Origin: Octopus sinensis
Taxonomy: Eukaryota
Assembly: GCF_006345805.1 (NCBI RefSeq)
Contig: NC_043005.1
Coordinates: 52,142,001-52,206,000, forward strand
DNA length: 64,000 bases
Reading direction: 5' to 3'
Shown one piece after another: positions 54,580 through 64,000 of this stretch (position 1 is the stretch's first letter; each line of letters begins with the position of its first letter). Made by a program: the position numbers and the translations under genes. The notes under the pieces were generated by a model. That model saw nothing but the letters and a program-made list of their open reading frames with translations, did no database searches and was not told the DNA's origin.

Positions 54580-55515
54580 ATATTATATGCTATATATTAT
54601 ATATGATATATGTATGTTTGTGATATTTTTTGCTTCTGTTTCCATTTGTTCTGTACCGACAACAAGCTTAATTCAAGATAGGTCAGTGAGTACCGAAAAT
54701 TTGTTTCTCAATTTGCTTTCCTTCCTACTGATACAGTAAACAAAACAATAAACACGCCCACATTTGCTTTTATCAATATATCGTTCCTCTGATGCCTGTC
54801 TAATCGATCAGGCCTATTTGGTCAATGTATTATTCATTAATATTGATAACGCTACCACCACATCTTATCTTTTCTTTTTTTTCTTTTTTTTTTTTTTTGC
54901 TGTCAGTGTTTTTATGGGCTTTTTGCTGTTCGCATATCAGATCGAAGAATTACTTCCCCTTCCCTCGATCTTGTCTGATCGAAAAAAAGTTTTACACAGT
55001 TTGCCTTCGAGGTAGAAGGAGCAGAAAAGGGGTAGATGGATGGGTGGTTCAAAGTATCTTGTTGCTAACGTGTAAAAAAAAAAAAAATGGGGACGGAGAG
55101 ATTTTGTACTTAATAATAGTGCTAATATGTGCGTGCATGTGTGTGTATGTGTGTGTGTATCAATATTTGTGTGCATGTGTGTATTAATATTTGTGTGCGC
55201 GTGTACGTGCGTTCCTCTGTGTGTGTGTGTGTGTGTGTATGCTTCTTATTGCTCTTGTTCCTACTTTTATCTTATTGGTGTGTCGTCCACTTTCTTGTTT
55301 TTGCAGCCGGCGTCGGTATCGATATCTCTCTCTCTCTCTCTCTCTGTGTTTCTCTCGCTCTCTCACTGTGTCTCTGTTTCTGTCTCGTTCTGTATACATA
55401 CATTCAGACATATATTCACACATACAAACATACATTCATACACGGACACATATACACATACATAGATACATACATACATACATACATACAAACATACATA
55501 CATATATATATATGT

Positions 55516-55581
<66 letters not shown>

Positions 55582-55721
55582 TTTGTTGTACCAAAGATAT
55601 GGATGGAGAGGAAGACGGTAAGTGATGCAGGGTTATATAATTGAAACTCTATAGACTGCATTTGTTAAGTTATTGCGTTGGTGCGCCTATGTGTATATAT
55701 ATATATGTATATATATTTATA

Positions 55722-55940
55722 TTTCTTTACTACCCACAAGGGGCTAAACACAGAGGGGACAAACAAGGACAGGCAAACGGATTAAGTCGATTATATCGAC
55801 CCCAATGCGCAACTGGTACTTAATTTATCGACCCCGAAAGGATGAAAGGCTAAGTCGACCTCGGCGGAATTTGAACCCAGGACGTAGCGGTAGACGAAAT
55901 ACGGCTACGCATTTCGCCCGGCGTGCTAACGATTCTACCA
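55722..55940 (-). mobile_element. SINE family A
   Basis: Near-consensus reverse copy. Confidence 0.9.
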
Positions 55941-56004
55941 TATGTTACCAGTGATTATAATGATATAGAACACAGAGATTTGTATACCGTTCTTTTGCTT
56001 TCTT

Positions 56005-56280
56005 TTATTCATTTACTTCTTTCAGTCAGTTGACTGCGGACCTTTAGTCGAATAAATCGGCTCTAGAACGTATTCTCAGAATAAGCCTAGTACTTATCCT
56101 ATCGGTCTCTTTCGCCGAACTACTACGTTACTGGTACGTAGACACACCAAGTGATGGTGGGGTGGGGGGGGACAAACACAGGCACACAAACACACACACA
56201 CACACACACACAGATATATACGTTGGGTCTCAGTTTCTGTGTACCAAATCCACTCAGACGGCTTGTATTTCGGCCAGATC
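56005..56280 (-). mobile_element. SINE family B, partial
   Basis: rc tail and mid-region. Confidence 0.7.
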
Positions 56281-56611
56281 ATTAGTGAGGAGAGATACGA
56301 AAAAAAAAGAAAGAAGAAAGCAATGGACCACTAATGACGTCACAAAAGTGTGACGAAATACAATTAATATAAAATAAAGCTGTGTGTGATTCTATTGGCT
56401 AAACTGGCAAAATGACCGTCGCCAAATACTGCAATATATTTATATATATATATATATATATATAAAAAGCAATAAAGATTCAAGTTAATTTAAATGAATT
56501 TACTTGAATATGGTACCTAACTTAGATGCACCAAAAAAAACTATACTGTTTTAACAATACAGTAATGTGGGGTGATTATAAGCGAGAAAGAAGCAACAAG
56601 AATGGATAGGT

Positions 56612-56702
56612 TTTTAGTACAATCGTTTCATACAAGGACAGGCTTTATTAAAAGTTGCAAAAATTACAGCATATAAACGTGTCCCGTACTCATCAGCTAA
56701 AA
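56612..56702 (-). ncRNA. Type I hammerhead ribozyme, canonical core
   Basis: rc of 57364-57454. Confidence 0.85.
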
Positions 56703-57363
56703 TACATGTGAGTTCTCTAGACATCCTAGTGGTTGAGGCTATACTCATGAAGTAATGTAGATAATTAAGTAACATAAACAGATTTCCAAAGTTCATTTCT
56801 TCTCTTCCCTTCCCTTTTCTGTTCTTTGCATCTCTAGAAAGCCCTTCAGCCTTTAAAAGTTAAATAGCTACAGCCTCTTGTAAATAGCAGTAATGTGATT
56901 AATGTGGCAAATACCTAATCATATAACAAGAATTGATACCTACCTCATTGTGTTCAACCATTGATAAATTTATCGCCTGTGAATATGAAATTCCTCTTCA
57001 TTTCTCTGGAAATTTACATCTACACCATTGGAAATTGTGCATCTATACAAAGGATTAATTCACCCTCTCTGTAATGCTAATAAGCAGGAATTGAGACCCA
57101 CCTCGTTGTGATTAACAATGGATAAATTTGTCGTCTGTGAGTATGTAATCCCTCCTCATATCTCTGGAAATTCATATGTGCACTATGGATTAGGTCACCT
57201 TCTCTGTGATGCTATAAAACTTTTTTAAAATTCTGTGATAAGACTGTACATCATCTTTAAAGAACTTTAATGAACTTTGGAAATCTGTTTATGTTACTTA
57301 ATTATCTACATTACTTCATGAGTATAGCCTCAACCACTAGGATGTCTGGAGAACTCACATGTA

Positions 57364-57454
57364 TTTTAGCTGATGAGTACGGGACACGTTTATATGCTGT
57401 AATTTTTGCAACTCTTAATAAAGCCTGTCCTTGTATGAAACGATTGTACTAAAA
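57364..57454 (+). ncRNA. Type I hammerhead ribozyme, canonical core
   Basis: TTTTAG-CTGATGA-GTACGGGACA..TGTCCTTGTAT-GAAA-C-gatt-G-TA-CTAAAA; 6-bp stem I, ~10-bp stem II base, GUA site ending 57448. Confidence 0.85.
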
Positions 57455-57704
57455 ACCTATCCATTCTTGTTGCTTCTTTCTCGCGTATATATATATATAT
57501 ATATAACGGGAAGCTTTATGAAAATAGACAAAAGACGAAGGCAGGTGGGAAGATGAATTCTCTCTCCCTCCTTCTCTCCCTCTCTCTCACACACACGCAC
57601 ATACATACATTCTTATAATACAGTGACGCGTGCGCCTATTAAACATTGTCACTAGCCAGCATATAACTAAGAAAAGTGTCTTGCAATATCTATTTTTAAA
57701 CTTT

Positions 57705-58235
57705 AACGCGGAGAGCTGGTAGAATCGTTAACACGCTGGGCAAGATGCTCAGCAGCCGTTCATCCTTCTTCGTGCTCTGATTCTAAATTCTACTGAGGTT
57801 GACTTTGCGTTTCTTCCTTTCGGACTCGATAAAATAAGTACCACTTTAGTACTGGGGCCGACATAATTGACTTCACCGAAAGTGCTGGTGTTGTGCCAAA
57901 ATTTGAAACGAATATTTTCTTCTAACTCTTTACATTCTAAGTTCAAATCTCGCTGCGATCAACTCCTTTTGGGATCGATAAAATAGAGCACCATTTTAGT
58001 GTACGGATGGTTCGAATTGATTAACCTGGTCCCTAAAAAATTGTTGATGCTGTGTCTAAATCCGTAATATTTGAAAGCCCCTTTATGGTCTGAGTTCCAT
58101 TTCTGACAGAGTCGACTTTACCTTGCGTCCTTTGAGGGTCGATAAATTAGTTAGTACCAGTAAAGAATTGGAGTCGATATAATCGACTTATCTATCTCCT
58201 CCCCCAACTTGCAGGCCTGTGCCTTTAGTAGGAAG
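57705..58235 (+). mobile_element. Degenerate SINE family A units
   Basis: gcggagagctggtagaatcgttaac... and repeats of central domain. Confidence 0.65.
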
Positions 58236-58236
58236 G

Positions 58237-58273
<37 letters not shown>

Positions 58274-58337
58274 TATTATTATTATTACTATTATTATTAT
58301 TATTATTATTATCATCATCATCATTATTAATATTATT

Positions 58338-58590
58338 GAGTGAGAAAGCAGTGCATACCATCAAAGTGACACTGGAGTAAAATATGTGAAGCCCAGTATA
58401 CCCATCATGACTACCCGTCTGATAAGGGTACACCAGGTACATGCATCACAACCATATGTGCGCGACATGGTGATCTCATATCTAGATAAACAGCACATGA
58501 CCTTGCAGGTAGGGCCCAGTTAGAATTTTCTTCTGGTCGAGTAACCCATCCCGCTCGAAAGGTCCCTGAATGAGGGTTGTTTAAAGATGC
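58338..58590 (-). mobile_element. Element D, 3' half, between (TAA)n arrays
   Basis: rc of the 3' half of 11810-12347; TAA arrays (minus sense) on both sides. Confidence 0.8.
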
Positions 58591-58591
58591 T

Positions 58592-58647
<56 letters not shown>

Positions 58648-58650
<3 letters not shown>

Positions 58651-59250
58651 TCAGATTTTGTTGGAACTCCTGGAGTCTTACATGTGTAGCGAGCTTGATA
58701 CCTGCAGGCTACATATACCATGCTACATGTTCTCTTCATCTAAAACTTTCCTGATAGATCTAGCCGTACCAAGGTGGCAAACCTTTTGCAACAGCTTCAC
58801 TAGGCACTCTATTCCCATTTCCTTTATATATTCCTTAAACCCTGTTGAATCTGCCTTCAAGGCCCCAACAATAATTGACAATAGTTTCATCTTTTAGATT
58901 TTCTACAGTCGAGCTATTTCATATTTAAGAAGATTGCATATGTTTATTCTTTTGCCTTCCTTCTTAATTATTTGTGCGTCAAAGGGACCCACAGCATCAA
59001 TTATAGAGCATATTCGTTTCACCTTATCCACCACCACAAGGTCCAGGTTCTGCTCAAGCACCTGGTCTGTTTGGATTTGAAATTCCACAGGATTTTACAG
59101 GTCTCCGACTCAGCGACTCTCTGTGAACTCTATTCGTACCTAGTCTTCCCTGTTTCGAACATCTCATTTTCAAGCAATTTCCAATGCAGCACAATCGCTA
59201 CCGCATCATGTCATCACAACTTATATATTAGTTTTGAGCAAGTTAAGATA
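58648..59250 (-). mobile_element. R4/Dong-type 3' fragment (RLE), decayed
   Basis: RHD-region, KILWNF.IQTDQVLEQ..DLVVVDKVKRICSIIDAVGPFD..IIVGAL..LQKVCHLGTARSIRKVL; ends in (TAA)n. Confidence 0.8.
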
Positions 59251-59399
59251 TATATGTATCCATGAGACATGATAATCACGGGCTTTGCAACAGCAACATC
59301 GCTTACTCTTTATTGTGTCTTGATATAGTAGGGAATGGTTTGAGAGGAAATTTGTTGTTGCTAATTCCAGATGTAACAGCTTGGAATCCTACTCGATGG

Positions 59400-59422
59400 C
59401 CTCGTAGAAGAAGAAGAAGAAG

Positions 59423-59454
<32 letters not shown>

Positions 59455-59680
59455 GTAGTAGTAGTAGTAGTAGAGTAGTAGTAGTAGTAGTAGTAGTAGC
59501 AGCAGCGTCAGCAGCATCAGCATCATCAGCATCAGCAGCAGCAGCAGCAGTACTAGTAGTAGTTCGTGGTAGTGGAGGTGGCGGCAGTGGTGGTGGTGGA
59601 ATCGGTGCCACCAGTGGCGGCGGTGGTGGTAGTGGTGGATGTAGTAGTAGTAGTAGTAGTAGCCGCAGCAGCAGCAGATA
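59400..59680. repeat. Serial trinucleotide repeats (AGA)-(AGT)-(AGC)-(GGT)
   Basis: Direct reading. Confidence 0.9.
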
Positions 59681-60145
59681 AGGTAGTTGATATGTAGCCG
59701 CGTTGAAAACTAGACCATGCCTATACAAGTACTGAAAGGTACAGACGTACAAAAGTGTGATTAAAACAGAGCTAATGGTTTCAATCACTTGCTCACAGCG
59801 ATGGTTAACTGTACGGTCTATGATATGCTTGAAACAGAAAATATGCTTGATCGATCTCTGCAACATTCATTTACCTATGTAAGTAGTAACCAAGCAATGT
59901 ACTGCAATGTTCCACTGTCTGCCTCCATATCATACCGTCCATTTACTTCATCGATCCCTTTATGCATATGTACACTGACACGTACACACAACGCACGCAC
60001 CTACACAGACGCAGATACACAGTCACACATGCGTACGCAGACACACGCATGCAACCATACACACAAGCACGCATACATGCACGCACAAGTACATATACAT
60101 GAACAAATACACACATACATGCATATGCACATGTCTACGATTATT

Positions 60146-60212
<67 letters not shown>

Positions 60213-60256
60213 ATACATAATTATGTATATGGTTATATATTTATGCATACATACGT

Positions 60257-60344
<88 letters not shown>

Positions 60345-60642
60345 CAATACGAAATAACTTCGTAAACATAAACTTTTCTCAAAAATGCTAAGAGTAAAAC
60401 ATTTTATATGACACATTCTACCAGTATACTAAGTTTGAAAGTGTTTAGTTACAAAAAATTATTTTTTAAATCTGTAGGTCAAAAGGTAAAGGTCTCAAAA
60501 TATTACATATATTGTGCCAATAATCTTATAGTTATCATTAGGGGTCATCAATCGATTTGCATAATTAAGGCATTTTCAAATGCTATTTCGATTGTTATAT
60601 TGCAGACTCGTCAGCAGCTTTCCTTTTTGCTGCGGTAACCTC

Positions 60643-61056
60643 TCTTTTACTCTTTTACTTGTTTCAGTCGTTTGACTGCGGCCATGCTGGAGCACCGCCT
60701 TTAGTCGAGCGAATCGACCCCAGCACTTATTCTTTGTAAGCCTAGTACTTATTCTATCGGTCTCTTTTGCCGAACCGCTAAGTTACGGGTACGTAAACAC
60801 ACCAGCATCGGTTGTCAAGCGATGTGGTGGTGGTGGTGGGGGGGGGGCGAACACAGACACAGAAATATATACACGCATATATATATATATATACACATAC
60901 ATATATATATGACGGACTTCTTTCAGTTTCCGTCTACCAAATCCACTCACAAGGTTTTGGTCGGCCCAAGGCTATAGTAGAAGATACTTGCCCAAGATGC
61001 TACGAACCTTGTGGTTGGTAAGCAAAGTACTTACCACACAGCCACTCCTGCACCTA
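60643..61056 (-). mobile_element. SINE family B, near consensus
   Basis: Full copy ending agccactcctgcacct. Confidence 0.9.
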
Positions 61057-61554
61057 TATATTCTATGATGCATTTACGTGTTTCATCCTATATTACGTGC
61101 GTAAATTAAAATTAATCATAAGTACATTGGATTTAATATATGAAACGACAGTCCTTTATAATTGTATCTAATATACTTTAATTAATACACACTTTCTTGA
61201 TTGAAATTTATAGAATTATTTTATAGTACAATAGCTCATGAAAAGTTACCATTCATACCGTGTCATTAATTTATTAATGAATCTAACTTCTTCTCATTGT
61301 TGGAAAACACTTTGATTCATAACGCAAATCATCATTCGTAAGAGATACAGACAGTATTTTAAATAAGCTTAGAAGATATTTAACTATTTTAAGATATCAC
61401 CTTATGTTGTATCTGTTTATCCTCCGACATCTGCTTCACTTTCCATTTTTCAGGTGTCCATAAAATACAATACCAGTTACGCACAGTGTTATCGACTAAT
61501 CCCTTTTCTGATAATTGCTGGCCATGATTTCATATTAAAAGAATTATTATAAAG

Positions 61555-62590
61555 CTATCCTATGCCAATTTAGTTAGGACGAATGTTGTCAGGTTTGATG
61601 ATAATACACCTCCTCAAATCTCAAGAACGTTTCTGAGGATTTTCGCGGAATACTGAATTAAAATTTTCTGAAGGTCGACAATGCCTGTTTTAGTCTTAGC
61701 ATTTTTCGGTCTCATAGGCAGTAGTAGTTTGAATATTGTGCCAAGGGCACCAACAACAGCAACAAGAGTTTTCATCATGTCTTAAACAATCTGATATCTG
61801 TGGCTAAATCATGATATTTCTTAGCTTTCTCAAACTCCTTTGTATCCAGTCTATTATCACATGGTATTGCAAAGTGTGTACTCATACACTGTTTTAATGT
61901 CCTCTATAATCATATCTAGCCCTCTTGTTTCAATAGCATGGTCAGCCTTTATGGAGAAGTTTCGCAAAATCCTGTAAATATTATTCCGTCATTTATCTGA
62001 CACGTGTTCACACCACTTATTGGTCAATTTGAATTCTCACACACGACTAACGTTCCAATACACACTTTTACCGAAATGATCATACCTACGCGTGAACTCT
62101 TTTTTGTGCTAGATTACTGCATGATTTAAGAGATAGTTCATACTTGCATTACCTTTGCCACTGATTCTGTATTTGGTTGAGTTTTATCATTCACTACTTT
62201 TATCTAATTCGTTCTGTTTTTTCGTTCTTCAGTAGTTATAATCAGAATTTCGCTTTCTCGTAATACATTTCTATCTATTAGCCACAATCAGAGTTCTTTG
62301 TTTTCAATATCCCCTGTACGTTGCTTGAATTGGTCATGAGATTCCTTCTCCTTCCAGCTATTCGTCTCATTCATCACTTTATTCTTGAATTCTCCTACTG
62401 ATTCAGCATCTCTTTAGATTTTCTAGCCGCAGATTGTATTCTTTCTTTACGCCGTTGAATAGTTATTCAACATAGTTATTCAAACCAATATCGCAGCGCA
62501 GATGGTGTCTTCTGTGACTAAAAGACCTTGCCTACTTCTTTTCTTGATACGTGGCTGCTGTTACTTTTAGGGTGGTGTGCCTTGTGTCCC
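61555..62590 (-). mobile_element. R4/Dong-type 3' fragment, heavily decayed
   Basis: HPKS..RKE.G; NLAQKEFTRRYDH; FAIPCDNRLDTKEFEKAKKYHDL; VVGALGTI; KILRNVLEI*. Confidence 0.75.
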
Positions 62591-62591
62591 T

Positions 62592-63095
62592 TGATGCAGT
62601 ACCAGGCACTGTCTCTCATGGCTTCTGATCTTAACTGATTGGAAGTGTTATCATGTACATGTTTTGTGTTGGTATAAAAAAATAGGCTACAGAAAATATT
62701 TTTCTCAGTACCACAGATTCGCTTGTCAGTTACTTAACCATAATAAATTGAGCATGTCCTTTCGACTGGCGATATGTACACCTCCGATCACGAGCAGATG
62801 TAGTGGGGGAGCATCATAGCCATGTTTTAAGAGGAATCCTTTGGGGTTGGAATAATTCACCTCCAGAAACATGGATATTTCGTTCATCATCCTTAAACAA
62901 AGCGGGTTGAACTACTCAACCTGAAGAAAATTCTGAGCCCAATCTTGCAAGATCATGCACTGTTTATCTTGAAATGGGATTACCATGTTGCGTACATATG
63001 GTTATGATGCATTAGACGGATGCCATGATGGGTATACTGGGCTACGTATATTTTTATCCCAGTGTACTTTGATGAAATGTGCCGCTCTCTAACTC
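62592..63095 (+). mobile_element. Element D, near full length, ending in (TAA)n
   Basis: Starts tgatgcagtaccagg; ends ctctctaactc + (AAT)n. Confidence 0.8.
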
Positions 63096-63130
<35 letters not shown>

Positions 63131-63181
63131 TAATAATAATAATAATAATAATATAATAATATAATAATAATATACAAATAA

Positions 63182-63430
63182 ATGCGCCCTTTTAAAGCCT
63201 AGCCAAGCTCACGGGCCCGGTTTCCCGGTTTCTATGGTGTATGTGTTCCTCAGCTGGACGGGACGCCAGTCCATCGCAACGTTACTCATTTTTGCCAGCT
63301 GAGTGAACTGGAGCCACGTGAATTGAAGTGTTTTGCTCTAGAACACAACACGTCGCCCGGTCCAGGAATCAAAACCACATTCTTACGATCATGGTGCTGA
63401 CACCCTAACCACTAAGCCACGCGCCTCCAC
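63182..63430 (-). mobile_element. tRNA/CORE-like SINE with E-type tail
   Basis: gcgcccttttaaagcctagcc ... ccactaagccacgcgcctccac. Confidence 0.8.
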
Positions 63431-63479
<49 letters not shown>

Positions 63480-63510
63480 GTAATAATAATAATATTAATA
63501 ATAATAATAA

Positions 63511-64000
63511 TACAAAAATCGCCACGATAGGGTAGGACAGTATATACATTGGAAGATATGTAAATACTACAAATTCGACACTCCTGCTAACTGGTATGAA
63601 CACCATCCTCAGCCAGTTGTTGAAGGTAAGGATGTCACCATCTTCTAGGATTTTTCAGTCAACACTGACAGAACGATCAAAGCTAATCGACCAGACATAA
63701 TTGTTAAAGACAGGGAAGAAAATACCTGCAGACTAATAGAGGTAAGCGTCCCCACTGATAAAAATGTATCTGTAAAGGAATTTGACAAACTTAGTAAATA
63801 TAAGGACCTGGAAATCGAAATACAAAAGATGTGGAATCTTAAAACAAAAACTGTTCCTGTTATTGTAGGTGCCCTAGGTATGATAAAAAAGGGATGTCAG
63901 AAACACCTAAACAATATCCCTGGAGAACCATGTCTCAAGGAAATCCAAAAGATTGTGCTAACAAGTACTGCCCACATCCTTAGAAAAACCCTATCAATGT
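63511..64000 (+). mobile_element. R4/Dong-type 3' fragment (RHD motif + RLE), runs off window
   Basis: YKNRHDRVGQYIHWKIC..TIF*DFSVNTDRTIKANRPDIIVKD..LIEVSVPTD..KLSKYKDLEIEIQKMWNLKT..VIVGALG; one stop; preceded by (TAA)n. Confidence 0.9.

Larger units (their letters stand above)
56582..57484. mobile_element. Non-coding fold-back element with twin hammerheads (216-bp arms, 471-bp spacer)
   Basis: 56582-56797 vs 57269-57484 reverse complements with only 2 substitutions seen; no recognisable coding sequence. Confidence 0.82.

Noticed and set aside
56614-57452. Two near-identical 60-aa ORFs on opposite strands
   Set aside because: By-product of the inverted arms; the conserved signal is RNA structure, not protein.

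Overview
AT-rich, microsatellite-saturated eukaryotic non-coding DNA. The SINE repertoire and repeat style are what I recognise as coleoid cephalopod (most likely Octopus); this is from memory, not a database search. No host protein-coding exon could be confidently identified, and almost all ORFs in the supplied track are microsatellite or SINE read-throughs. The window is a mosaic of three abundant tRNA-headed SINE families (called A, B, C here), decayed LINEs (four R4/Dong-type RLE fragments mostly in (TAA)n arrays, two RTE, one CR1-like), a decayed mariner transposase with nested SINEs, a pogo/Tigger-like MITE and a 100-N gap. The most striking signal is three unrelated fold-back elements (26563-26992, 27110-29072, 56582-57484), each carrying two divergently oriented type I hammerhead ribozyme motifs in its inverted arms. 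One is a truncated Penelope-like element (RT C-terminus plus GIY-YIG) whose hammerheads show a compensatory U3-A8 core; the other two have no recognisable coding sequence. A roughly 520-bp (TAA)n-ending element with no tRNA head occurs three times and may be a non-autonomous partner of the Dong/R4 LINEs.
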